In this document: positions 1-11,279 of the stretch, one piece after another
Numbering within the stretch: position 1 is the first letter of the stretch
How the letters are laid out: every line of letters begins with the position of its first letter
Assembly (NCBI RefSeq): GCF_018350175.1
Contig: NC_058368.1
Location: 203,052,001-203,116,000 of the forward strand
Direction of reading: 5' to 3'
From: Felis catus
Taxonomy: Eukaryota
DNA: 64,000 bases
Translations under genes and position numbers: made by a program
The notes under the pieces: model-generated
The model's database searches: none
What the model was told of the DNA's origin: nothing
The model's input: only the letters and a program-made list of their open reading frames with translations

Positions 1-339
1 AATTATCTATCTGCAAACATTACTAATGCTTGCTTAGTTGTCTGTATCACCTACCTGATCTCGTGGCATTTGCTTAATTCTTCTCATTGCCAAGAATCAC
101 CTCCCAGCACTTATCACATGATAGAATAGACACAAGTTCTGCAGAGCAAGCTATGGTCTAACATTTTATCTTGAACAGGTTAAGGGTAAAAGGGGAAACC
201 AAGAGACAGGTTTTCAAACCCCCTTCAGATCTTCTGCTTGGTCTGCATTGGAATGGAAGGCTAGGTCATATACAAAGCAGATGTTCCGCCTTTAGCAGAT
301 AGTGCCTACTTTCAGAATAATTGTACCAACTAACACTCT

Positions 340-1290
340 CTATAGCAATGTGTTAAGTTTAGTTTCTCTATGTCCTGGCCCCAGACTTGATATTATCAAA
401 TTTTTGGTATGTTTGTTTGTGTGTACGTTTGTTGAAAATGAGAACATTTTGGTGGCTATGTAGTGCTATTTCATTGTGATTTTATTTTGCACTGTTCATG
501 TTACTATTTTTTGGACACAGCCTTTTATTTCACTTTATTTTTTAAAAAATTTTAACGTTTATTTTTGAGAGAGAGAGAGAGACAGACAGAGCCCGAGTGG
601 GAGAGGGACAGAGAGTGAGGGAGACACAGAATCTGAAGCAAGCTCCAGGCTCTGAGCAGTCAACACAGAGCCAGACGTGGGGTTAGGACCCATGAACCAT
701 GAGATCATAACCTGAGCTGAAGTAAGATGCTTAATCAACCAAGCCCCACCCAGGCACCCCTACCCTTTTTCTTTCACTTTAAAGTGGCTGATCAAGTCTT
801 TTGTCCTTTTAAAAAGTTGAGTTGCCTGTTTCTTTCTTGGTATTTTTAAGGATTGTTTATATATGAATCATATGAGATATGTCTATTGCAAATATCTCCT
901 ACCATTCTGTGGATTTTCTTTCCACTCTCATGTGACTCCTTTTTAAAACATAATTATATTTTAATGAAATTGCATTTATTAATCTTGTCCTTTATAGCTA
1001 GTATTTTTGTGCTCTGTTGAGAAATCTTTCCCTAACCCAAGATTATGTCTTTTATACAATCTGTATTATCATCTTTTTATAATTAGATCTATATATTTAG
1101 ATCTGTAGTGGAAATGGTATTTTGTGTGTATGGCTTAATGTAGAGGTGAACATTCATTTTCCTTCCCTATAGAAGCCTGAATCTTTAAGCAGCCTTGTTA
1201 TTCTCTGATGTCTTTAATGTTTATTTCCATATTTCATAGTTGTTTATGGTGGGAAGTTTGGTCCTATGTATATTTTAGTCCTAGAGTTCT
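340..1290 (-). mobile_element. Old L1M fragment (ORF2 3' region, antisense), interrupted by a SINE
   Basis: Degenerate antisense L1 motifs such as 'tttcattgtgattttattttgc' and 'tattgcaaatatctcctaccattctgtgg'; boundaries approximate. Confidence 0.6.
538..760 (-). mobile_element. Can-SINE (SINEC_Fc-type)
   Basis: Reverse of the ggggtgcctggg head at 760, (GA)n body and T-rich tail; imperfect TSD ccttttatttcacttta (521-537) / cctttttctttcacttta (764-781). Confidence 0.95.
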
Positions 1291-1569
1291 AAATGTAGCA
1301 CACCAAAAGATCTTCCTCTTCCATTAACTTTATATATCAAATGACAAATATTTCTTCAGAATAGTCATAGGATACATATTATATGATGAAGAAAGAATTT
1401 TCTGCTTAGAGTCAAGTTCAGGTAAAACCAATTTTTACTATTACATTAACTTGGAAGGAACATTCCAAAAACACCTGAAAGCCAATAAGTCATAATGGTG
1501 TTTATTATATTGATAAATATGAACTATTTCTTGGAAATTTAAGAAAAAATATATATTAAAACATTCCAT

Positions 1570-1778
1570 GGGGCACCTGGGTAGCTCAGTGGGCTGAGCA
1601 TCAGGCTCTCGATTTCAGCTCAGTTTGTGACCTTAAAGTTTGTGAGTTTAATCCCCGCATCTGGCTCTACACGGACAGTGTGGAGCCTGCTTGGGATTCT
1701 CTCTCTCCTCTCTGCTCCTTCCCCAACTGCACTCTCTCTCTTTCTCTCTCTCTCTCAAAATAAATAAACTTAAAAAAA
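1570..1778 (+). mobile_element. Can-SINE
   Basis: ggggcacctgggtagctcagt head (Pol III A-box), (CT)n tract, aaaataaataaacttaaaaaaa tail. Confidence 0.95.
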
Positions 1779-2189
1779 TTTTTTGAAAGGCTCTCTTTTT
1801 CTCAAAGGAAAATTAATTAAATATAGGACACTTTTCAAAACTGGATTTGGTATTTATTAAAAGAAAAGTGAACAAAGCACACACAAAGATTGATAACTCA
1901 AGATTAGAGTAGTACATGAAAGTTTTGGCTTAATAGCCCCTAGAAAATTAACACAGTCCACCTTAAAAAAGAGATGGAAATGATATTATTTCCTGAGCAT
2001 ACTAAAAAACAAAAATTTCACAAGGAACAATAACTTTTAAATAAAGAATGGAATTAAGAAATGGTGTTATTGGGCTATTTTTAAAGCAATAACAAAAATG
2101 TCTCAAACACAACTTGAATATATTCTGAAATGCTTAGGGTATGGATTCTTACACATTCCTCCTTTAAACAGTTTTAAGCAAAAGCCTGG

Positions 2190-2530
2190 ATTTAGCACTT
2201 CTCTTCCTTCTGCAAAGAGCCTTCTTCCAGATGTTGACTAGGACTTCCAAACACATCTTTGAAAACCCTGGTCAAATGTTCTCCTCATCTCTTCCCCTAT
2301 AATGTTCCTTCTACAGTGATGCTCTGTCTTTCCACTCTGTGTCACTTTTCTCTGGGGACTTAACCTGTATCTTAAATTTTATTTTGTGCTGTTGTTTGCT
2401 TGTTTGATATCTCTTTATAAAGATATAAGAACAGAAACATTATTTTCTTTAACTCTATAAAGGCATTAATTCAGACAGTGCCTGAAACACTACGTATATA
2501 TTTAAAAACAAAGAAATAAGTGATTGAATA
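2190..2530 (+). mobile_element. L2 3' end fragment
   Basis: L2-like 3' terminus 'acagtgcctgaaacac...gattgaataa' with a pyrimidine-rich body; highly degenerate. Confidence 0.5.
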
Positions 2531-2663
2531 AACATATGAATTTGGCATCTTTCATATATGTGGTCAAACACCAATTGCAGATTTGTAAATATAATCAGAT
2601 TTCTTGGATCCCACTTGTGTTTTCCTTTCAACAAACATGACATCATTTTTTCTTTGTGTAGAC

Positions 2664-3018
2664 TTTTAAAAAATCAATTGTATTGAGGTATAATTTACAC
2701 ACATGTAAGTTCATACATATATATATATAGTTATATATATATAGTTATATATATAGTTATGTAACCACCATCACAATGAAGATATAGAATATTTCCATCA
2801 CCTCCAAAAATTCCCTTGTGCCCTTTTTAGTCAACCTCCTCTCATTGACCCCAACTACTGGCAAACATGGGTCTGAGTTTTGACTAGTAGTAGTAGTTTT
2901 ACGTTTTCCAGATCATGAGAAAGGAATAATAACATATATAGTCTTTTGTTTCTGGCTTCTTCTCCGGAGCATCCTGCATTTGAGATTGTATCAGTGTCAC
3001 TGTTTGCTTTTTATTGAT
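2664..3018 (-). mobile_element. L1MB-type 3' UTR fragment
   Basis: 'tattgaggtataatttacac', 'gtaaccaccatcacaatgaagatatagaatatttccatcacc' and 'gtcttttgtttctggcttct' match an antisense L1M 3' end. Confidence 0.8.
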
Positions 3019-3019
3019 A

Positions 3020-4160
3020 CTCTTGCTCCCCTTCAGAAGTCCAGAGGATTCAATTTTCTTTAGTTGTTGATTGAGGCTCTTACCTTGTGCTTAGAGTGGC
3101 AGCTGAGCATCTAAAGAGTTTAATTTGTCTATTCCCTTTGGTAATCCCTGTACACCTGTGCTACAGAGGAGCTTTCTCCTTTCTCCATGTTCTTGTACCT
3201 CCCCCAGTGGTAGATTGTGGTTGTTACAAATATGTTAAAAGATAGACTGAGGCAGGTTACAATTTCAAGACTTTATCTGAGCAAACATCAATTTGGAATG
3301 CAACAGCACCAAACCAAAAGAAGTCACCAGCACAAAATCGTGGCTTTTATAGAGAGGATGAGAAGGAAAGCAAAGAATTTATCTGATTGGTTACCGCTTA
3401 AGCCATTACTTTATTTGGGAAAGTCTGGTTGGCTGTTTGTGATTGGTTGTTCGTCTGTTTCATTTTCACAGATTGGACCGCATGGACTGGCTTAGGCTTT
3501 GGTTTGCTTACCTAGGCTGTCAAAACATTAGAGATAACTCAATCTAATGGCTTCCTTGTGTAATTACTTTAACAGGTGCTAAGTTTGTCATGGAAGTCGG
3601 TGGGGTTCCCTTTTGCCTTGGTCCAGGCTCAATCTTAAGCCTTGTGCTTTCTCAGTGGTCCTGCCCCTCTTCCCTGTGACAGCAAAACTCTGCCTATATC
3701 TTGGCTGAGAATTTTTTGCCCAAGGGGTATTACACCTACTTTTCCCAGAAGCAGTGGCACTTTGTGTATTGGGGCCACAGGGTGTTTTATCTCTCCACTG
3801 GCAGCTTAAGGCTATACTTAACAGGAGAGAAGTTTCTGTGAAACTGGACAGGTTTTTCCCCTATTCTCCAGCAGCCACTGACCATCCCCTCTACACCTTG
3901 TTATACCAAGAGAGATCCTCTCTTTATCTCATGCCCTGCCCCCAGTCTTTCCCTTAGGCACCCTACAGAAGAAGCCCGTAAAAGAAGAGTTTAAGAGAGA
4001 TGAGTTGTGTTTTGTGTTTCAGCAATTCTAAAGTGGTGTTTACGTGGTTGCTTCATAACCTCAGCTTTCTGATAAGCTTGAGAAAACATGCTTTTGGTGA
4101 TTATTTGACATTTTTGCATTAATAATATGAAAGCAACACTTTTTTGTAGAATTCTTCATC
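3020..4160 (-). mobile_element. Old L1M 5' region fragment, interrupted by a solo LTR
   Basis: 'aacctcagctttctgataagcttgagaaaa...' resembles the antisense 5' end of L1M4/L1MD-type elements; degenerate. Confidence 0.45.
3222..3574 (-). mobile_element. Solo LTR, probably ERV1 class
   Basis: tgtta...taaca termini; on the minus strand three CCAAT boxes (3386, 3442, 3472), TATAAAA (3345-3351) and a variant poly(A) signal GATAAA (~3272). Confidence 0.75.
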
Positions 4161-4623
4161 CTAAGCAGAATAAAAATGTTTGTACAGTCAGCATGGGGAT
4201 TTTCTGCAAATGCTACTCTATTTTATGTAGGATTCATTACTGCAGGTTGCTTACCATGAGCCACAATTTATTTTACATGAAAGGATTATTTGAGATCAAA
4301 AACCAAAATGAAATTGGTCTTTTATGCCAGACATAACTCTTTTGAAATCATCTGTCAACAGGATAAAATTTAATAAATACTATTATTTTGAAAAATAGCA
4401 CAACTGAGAAATATCAGAACAGTTGGTGAACATTCTGGGTGATTTTTACCGTATTATCAATCACACACAATTTATCTGTTGCCTTTTTCATGTACCCTTT
4501 GTCCGGTTTGCTTGTTTGTACTTTTTTACATGATTTCAGCTTCATCTTCTACTTTGATTTGAGCAATCAAGATATAGCTAAAAAATTCTTACAGTTTTTA
4601 AAGGCTATAAAATTGTAAACTTT

Positions 4624-4850
4624 CTTTTTTTAAAAAAAATTTTTTAAAGTTTTTATTTATTTTTGAGACAGAGAGAGACAGAGCATGAACAGGGGAGGGG
4701 CAGAAAGAGAGGGAGACACAGAATTGGAAGCAGGCTCCAGGCTCTGAGCCATCAGCCCAGAGCCCGATGCGGGGCTGGAACTCACGGACCGCGAGATCGT
4801 GACCTGAGCTGAAGTCGGACGCTTAACCGACTGAGCCACCCAGGCGCCCC
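4624..4850 (-). mobile_element. Can-SINE (SINEC_Fc), fairly young
   Basis: Complete ggggcgcctgggtggctcagtcggttaagcgtccgac head on the minus strand, many CpGs retained. Confidence 0.97.
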
Positions 4851-5397
4851 AAAAAATGTAACCATTATTTTCCATCTCCACAGTCCAGCCTCTCAATTGT
4901 ACATTAAGTATCTAAGGTATTTATCTTAATAATGCCCAGGTAAAAGTGAGAGACTATTAGTTACGCCTATGACTTTAAGATAAACATTTCATCTTTAATT
5001 GTCTTTGAATATAAAGACAAATTTCTTAACTAAGAGTGTTTCTTCTTCCAGTCAATACTATTATTTAGTAGGAAGTTACTACTCTGAGTAACTATATTTA
5101 AATATTATTAATTTATATTAGGGAGGTAAATTTTCCAAGTTTCCTTTTCTTGTTGATCTGATTATGTTACTTCCTCTGTTGGGTACTTAAATTGCTTGAT
5201 TTTTACTCCATGAAAATAATCTAATAACCTTACTATGCTGTATTTATTTGTTGCTTTTTTTTTTTAATCATAAACCTAGTCTTTACTTTTCTCATAGATA
5301 ATTTTCTGGTGCCTGCAAGTTCTTCCATTATGTTCCTTAGCCCTGCCAGCTTCTACATTTTCATAAAATACTACTTCCATTTAAAAATAACTTTCCT

Positions 5398-5636
5398 GGG
5401 GCACCTGGGTGGCTCAGGTGGTTAAGCATCTGACTTCAGCTCAGGTCATGATCTCCCAGTCCATGAGTTCCATGAGTTCAAGTCCCACATCAGGTTTTGT
5501 GCTGGCAGATCAGAGCCTGGAGCCTGCTTGGGATTCTGTGTCTCCCTCTCTTTCTGCCCCTCATCCACTCATGCTCTGTCTTTCTGTCTCTCTCTCTCTC
5601 TCAAAAATAAATATTTAAAACTTTTTAAAATAAAAT
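5398..5636 (+). mobile_element. Can-SINE
   Basis: ggggcacctgggtggctcag head, (CT)n, A-rich tail; internal 9-bp tandem duplication ccatgagtt at 5461-5478. Confidence 0.95.
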
Positions 5637-6789
5637 AAAATAAACTTCCCAAATCTTTCTCATATGACAACAAACCCTTGGCGGGGCAGAACGGTCATAG
5701 GTCAAACAGCAAATAGTTATGTCAAGGTCATCTATCAATGCTTCATGATATTTTACGGTTTCAAAGTCTTGAATCAAACAGAATTTAAGAGGAGGCTGTG
5801 TCAGTAATCTTAATTACTTTCATGCTGCTTCTTTCATTCTTTCCTAAGTCCCTCACTTTTTACTTTGTTTTATTTTTTGATCTTCCAGCTTTAAACAAAA
5901 TTCTGCCTTGAGGCACGGAGCACTTCAGCTTCAACCGTGATATTACCTGGCAATCTCTAACGTGGAATCCCTGAATCAGCAACAGTTTGCCACCCACCTC
6001 CTTATTGTTCTGAGACTCCTGTGCTCATATCAAGCCCAGAACCTACTGACTCTAAGGATACATCTCTTCCCTTCACTGTCCCTATGCAGATCATGATCAC
6101 CAAATTTAGCATCACTTTGGTCCTCCCTTCAAGTGCTAATTAATAATTTTATGCAAAAAAAGTAGTTATTTTCAAGTGTAGAAGATTTGCCCCTGCACAC
6201 CCTAGTGCAGGCACTAAAGACCTCCAAGCCCAGGAAAATTATCCAGGACAATGACTACCTGTCTGACAGAAATTCCCAATAACAAAACTCAGCCCTCTAA
6301 AGCTCCCCCCACCAAGCTCATGTACACCTGCCTTTTTCCTGTAGCGTGATCTATATAATGAAGGTCATACACAGATCCTTATTCCCCAATACTGAGTTCA
6401 ACAGTGCATACAGAAGGAATACATAGATGTGAAAAGCACTGACACCATATTCTTAAAAACAGTTGTGTGAAGTAGAATTGGAATCTAGTCCATAATGCAA
6501 GTTTTTCTGTTGCCTCTCTCAATAACAAGTTGTAATGCTATGAAGTGACATTTTATCACTTTGAGCCCATTTTCTTTTAGCAAAATGAGAAGTTTGGACT
6601 AGATAATATTAATGGTTTCCACTAGATAGAATATTCCTCAATCATTTTATATGAGTTGAAAACTTACAAAACGGATATATCACATGAAGCTTGTTCCCAT
6701 TATTTAACAACTATTTATAAGCAAAATACCAACAAGACTAGTATGTTGATGAAAAAAAATAAGTGTTAAAAAAAAGAAAAAATAAAAGT

Positions 6790-6942
6790 TTTGGAATCAC
6801 ATAAACCTGGGCTAAACACCTGCTCTACTACTTACTAATTATATGCTTTTTTGATAAGTTAGTAATTATCCTGAGCAATAGTTAGCTAATTTGTAAATAC
6901 AGATAATAAAGAACTGCAGAGTTATAAAGATTAAATGAAATC
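6790..6942 (+). mobile_element. MIR fragment
   Basis: Degenerate MIR core ('aacctgggctaaacacctgctctactacttact...ttgtaaatacagataataa'). Confidence 0.55.
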
Positions 6943-7030
6943 ATTTTTCTTGGTTCATCTTACATAATTCCTAAAATATATTTTAGGCCTATCGCTTGTC
7001 TCTTTTCTCAACACCATTTATGAAAGAAAC

Positions 7031-7109
7031 CACCAGAACATGTTTTTAAATTTTTTTAAGCCACCTGGTATATGGTATTTTATTATGGCAGCCTGAGATG
7101 ACTAATACA
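7031..7109 (+). mobile_element. MaLR (MLT1) LTR 3' end fragment
   Basis: 'ttaagccacctggtatatggtattttattatggcagcctgagatgactaataca' is a typical MLT1 3' terminus. Confidence 0.7.
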
Positions 7110-7818
7110 AGATTCCATTATTAAGAAACCACTAATTTTAGAAGACTAAAGTCAAAGAAATCCCACCTTCTAAATAGTAGATATTTGACAGCTTTTAATG
7201 TATGCATTTAAGTGGCAAAATTTTTATGTAAATAAATAGTTGAGGGACATCTGATGTCATAGGAACTTCCAATTGGAAAATATTGTCAAACACAAGGCTT
7301 CCTCAAGTGTATTTATTTGAATTTCTTTAAATTCTTTTTGATTTCCTCTCTAACAGATAAAGGAAATATGACAAAGATACAAATCAAAGCACAAGATTAT
7401 AACACACATACATATCATAAGCAAAAGAATATAATTGGAAGACTTTTTAAATTATTTTTACCAAATTTATTCACAAAGCTTTCTCAATATTCTAACATCT
7501 ACGCATCACAGCTGAAGAATAAGTGTTGGCTAATTTGGCTCAGCAGGGAATAACTCTTATCTAATGATAATTTATAGTTTTGTTTACCTTTCTATTATGA
7601 AAGCTAATTATTTGTCTGAGTAAGACTTTCTGCCCTATTAAGCCATTGGTGAGTGAAAATACAATTTAAATTTTATGATTGCTTTCAATTCACAAGTTTT
7701 ATACCTCTCATTAGGGAATCATATTCCTTCAGGACTTTTGTGAATGCATATCCCTAGAAGAACTAACAAGTCCTTCTTACATTTTTAAGTTTATTTATTT
7801 ATTTATTTTGGTGGGGGG

Positions 7819-8341
7819 TGTCGCGACCGGCACGACAAACACCGAGGTCAGGGTCCTGAGGGTAGGGGAATGCAAGAAAAAAGAGAGAAGAGAAAGTTTG
7901 GGAACAAGAGGGTCCCCTGGGCTGATGGCCCAAGTGACGGCTTTATTGTTGCTGTACACAATCTTTTATAATATAAGACTCTTATGGATCAGGTCATTCT
8001 AAGAATAAACAGGTTTCACATGATCACTGCCAGCCAGAACATTTAGTTCTGTGTACCTTGTGAACTTTCTGAACGGGTCACAAGACCTTGTTGATAGATT
8101 GCTAGCAAAACACAGTTCCCATGTTTGTGTCTATCTGACTCGGGGTAGAAAAAGGGAGGTAGCATTACTGCCAACACCTGCAGACCATAGGCTTCAGGAA
8201 TTAACTTTCTCAGCCTTGACAAGGCTTTCGTATGCCCTTGAAAGTGGGGGAATGGGAGGGGGAACCACCGGGTTGGCTTGAGTCAACAGGGAACATTGCT
8301 CGACCCGGTCTCAGCCTGGCACCGGGGCCCGGCCCCCCACA
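7819..8341 (-). mobile_element. Solo LTR (523 bp), probably class II (betaretrovirus-like) ERV
   Basis: Minus strand begins TGTGGGGGGCC and ends GGTCGCGACA; flanked by GGGGG repeats (7814-7818, 8342-8346); TATAAAA (7964-7970) lies 16 nt before AATAAA (7942-7947); CpG-rich. Confidence 0.88.
8036..8050. promoter_or_regulatory. Candidate glucocorticoid/androgen/progesterone response element in the LTR U3
   Basis: AGAACA-TTT-AGTTCT, 11/12 match to AGAACAnnnTGTTCT, about 65 nt upstream of the LTR TATA box. Confidence 0.55.
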
Positions 8342-9403
8342 GGGGGAGGTGCAGAGAGACATAGAGAGAATCCCAAGCAGGCACTGCGCTGTCAGCACAG
8401 AGCCCAAGGCAGGGATCCATCTTACTAACCTCAAGATCATGACCTGAGCCAAAATCAGGAGTTGGGCGCTTAACTGAGCCACCGAGGTACCCCGAAATCC
8501 TTCTTATATTTTAAATCATGATTAGCAGAAGCTGCAGTAAGCACCAAAGACCAAAACCTAAGTCACTTGACATGTAGTGACTCAATTATGTGACCAGGAT
8601 GGCAAGTTATTATTAGCCTTCTCATCTAAATAGCTCTATTTGACATGAATCAAGAAAATATTTTCTTCCTACTGTTACCAAATGGCTTGTGAATGACCTT
8701 TAATAATTAAAAACCTCCCCTGTTCCATCATTCCTAGACCACTTCCGTGTGTCAAACCAATTCAACAGTCAAGACCAGGCACTAAAAATAAAGGTCTAGA
8801 GAAATATGAAAAAAACAAAGAAACAGCTGTCATCAAACACCTCAAGTCCTCACTTTCTGATCTCCCTCTATACCACTTAGCCTTATTTATTTATTTAAAA
8901 TAAATACAATGTAGCAGATTCAGAGCTAATAGCTCCTGTTAAACAAGGACTCAGCTATGTGATTCCCCAACTTTCCTACTCTGAGAAGAGCCAAAAGAAA
9001 AGAGTTTTCTCCCAAAGAGAATGGATCTCTGTCAGTACACATAGAAACATGGTTTCTTACACATTCTAGAAGTGTGCACTGTTAACAATAATCTCTATTT
9101 CACAAAACCCTGGTGAGGATCAAACTAGACAATAATATGTACATGAATTCCTTGCAAACTATACTAGTCATTGTTTCATATTATAAATGTCTTGAGGTTT
9201 TTCAGGGAAGGCAGAAGAACATGGTGTAGTATATTGTATAAGTACCTTAAAATTCTAAGTTTGGTAAGTGAAATGAACTGGAGGGTTGGTTTTAGTTTGT
9301 GTACAATAACAATAAAATGAAACAGGTAATATTTGTAGATACAGATGATTTTACCAATAACGACAAAAGACAATATATAGGCACATTGGGGCTTCAGGGT
9401 TAT

Positions 9404-9405
<2 letters not shown>

Positions 9406-9479
<74 letters not shown>
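9406..9479. repeat. Compound microsatellite (CT)n(CA)n
   Basis: Directly visible. Confidence 0.98.
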
Positions 9480-9482
<3 letters not shown>

Positions 9483-9645
9483 AAAAGACAGACTTTCATT
9501 AAAGAATAAATTCCCAGCCAACTCATTTACTAAGACCTTATTTTTAAGAACAATATTTACTCATTTTATCATTTTAATTCTTCTCATTTGTATAACATTA
9601 GAAGAAAAAAATGATGTCAAAATTAGTATTTCCAAACATTTAGTA

Positions 9646-10147
9646 CAAATCTTCCTCTATCTATGATGGGATTACAATCCAATAAACTCATTGTAAATTG
9701 AAAATATCCTGAATCAAAAATGCATTTATTATACCTAACCTATAAAACATCAGAGCTTAGCCTAGCCCATCCTCAACATGCTCAGAACACTTATGTTAAC
9801 CTGAAGTCAGGCATAATCATCTAAAACAAAGTCTATTTTATAATAAAGAGTTGAATATCTCATGTAATATATTGAATACGGAACTGAAAGTAAAAAACAG
9901 AATGGTCGTGTGAGGACAGAATGGTTGTAAGCATATCAATGGTTTACCCTCATAATCATGTGGCTGGCTAGGAGCTGTGACTCACTTCTACCACCCAGCA
10001 TCATGAGAGAATATTGCACTTAATTCTCTGGTTCAGGGAAAAGATCCAAATTCCAAATTCAAAGTTTCTACTAGATGTGTATCACCTTCCCACCATCATA
10101 AAGCAAAAAAATCTTAAGCTGAAACATCACAAATCAGGGACCATTTG
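9646..10147 (+). mobile_element. Tigger5/MER47-type non-autonomous TcMar DNA transposon
   Basis: TA on both sides (9644-9645, 10148-10149); decayed TIRs 'caaatcttcctctatctatgatgg' / 'catcacaaatcagggaccatttg'; internal 'agcttagcctagcc...gctcagaacactta'. Confidence 0.85.
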
Positions 10148-10532
10148 TAATCAGCAGTAGATATAAGGTCTGTAAGAAGATAATAAGTCACACTGTTTCA
10201 GTAATCCCCTGAAGCTGCTTGTTCACCTCCACTGCCTACAAATCAAAGAGAATTGCTCATTAATAAAAGTGAATATCCCAATAACACAGTGAGATTGTGT
10301 CAGTTTAATGTGCCATTGAGAACTGATTATGCATTGCTTTTTATTTTGCTTTGTTTTAGAAAGTGACAATTCTGGTACATTCAATAATTCCCTCAACTCA
10401 CTTTTTCAGATTCATTGTTGGAAAAAAAGTTATCTGTTTCAACCTGAGAACACAAATATTTTCAATTTGGAACTAAATATGTTTAGGTAGATGATGGATG
10501 AACCAGGAGTGATTTACATTAAGAATGGAGGA

Positions 10533-10725
10533 GGGGCACTTGTATGACTCAATAGGTTAAGCCTCAGACTTTGGCTCAGGTCATGATCTCATGGTTTGTG
10601 AGTTTGAGCCCCACATTGGGCTCTGCACTGACAGTGTGGAGCCTGCTTGGGATTTTCTCTCTCTTTCTCCCTCTCTGCCCCTCTCCCAATCACTCTTGCT
10701 CTTTCAAAATAAATGAACTTAAAAA
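10533..10725 (+). mobile_element. Can-SINE
   Basis: Head ggggcacttg, (CT)-rich body, A tail; TSD aagaatggagga (10521-10532) / aaaaatggagga (10726-10737). Confidence 0.93.
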
Positions 10726-10894
10726 AAAAATGGAGGAAACATCTGGGAAAAAACTCAGCCTATGCAAAGAGAAGCAAAATGCATCAACCATCTCCTTCAG
10801 CTAGAGTATCAAGTCTATCTATTTACATGGCAACTAGTCTCCCCCAGTCTGAGACCAACTCACTTCTCTACCTTCGCTTCCTTACATTCCAAGA

Positions 10895-11266
10895 TGTTTT
10901 CATCAGCTTAGGCTGCCATAACAAAATCCCTTTGACTGAGTGGCTTAAACAACAGATATTTATTTCTCACAATCCAGGGGGCTGGAAACTCCAAAATCAA
11001 GATCTAATAGGGTTCAGTTTCTTCTGAGAGCTCTCTTCCTGGCTTACAGAAGGCCTCCTTCTTGTTGTATCCTCATTTGGGAAAAACAGCAAGCAAGTTT
11101 TCTTCTTATAAGGCATGAATCCCATCATGAAGGCCCCACCTTTATGACCTCATCTAAAAATAATTACCTTCCAAAGGCCCATTACCAAAACCCAACACTT
11201 TGAGGGGGAGGGCTTCAACATATCAATGGGGGTGGGGGTGGGGTGGGCGCAATTCAGCCCATAACA
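10895..11266 (-). mobile_element. MaLR solo LTR (MLT1A-like)
   Basis: 'ggctgccataacaaaat...tggcttaaacaacaga...tttatttctcaca...tcttcttataaggc...attcagcccataaca'. Confidence 0.88.
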
Positions 11267-11279
11267 CCTGGTTCTTCCT

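Larger units (their letters stand above)
7786..8493 (-). mobile_element. Can-SINE split by an LTR insertion (pieces 7786-7818 and 8342-8493)
   Basis: T-rich tail at 7786-7810, head ending 8493; TSD aagtccttcttacatttt (7768-7785) / aaatccttcttatatttt (8495-8512). Confidence 0.92.

Noticed and set aside
1570..1660. tRNA-like A/B boxes at SINE heads
   Set aside because: They are the tRNA-derived part of Can-SINEs, not tRNA genes.
4657..4896. Recurring ORFs like MAQSVKHLTSAQVMIS...SLEPASDSVSPSLS (also 5409, 22841, 24856, 45546, 54701, 61252)
   Set aside because: These are translations of Can-SINE bodies, not a gene family.
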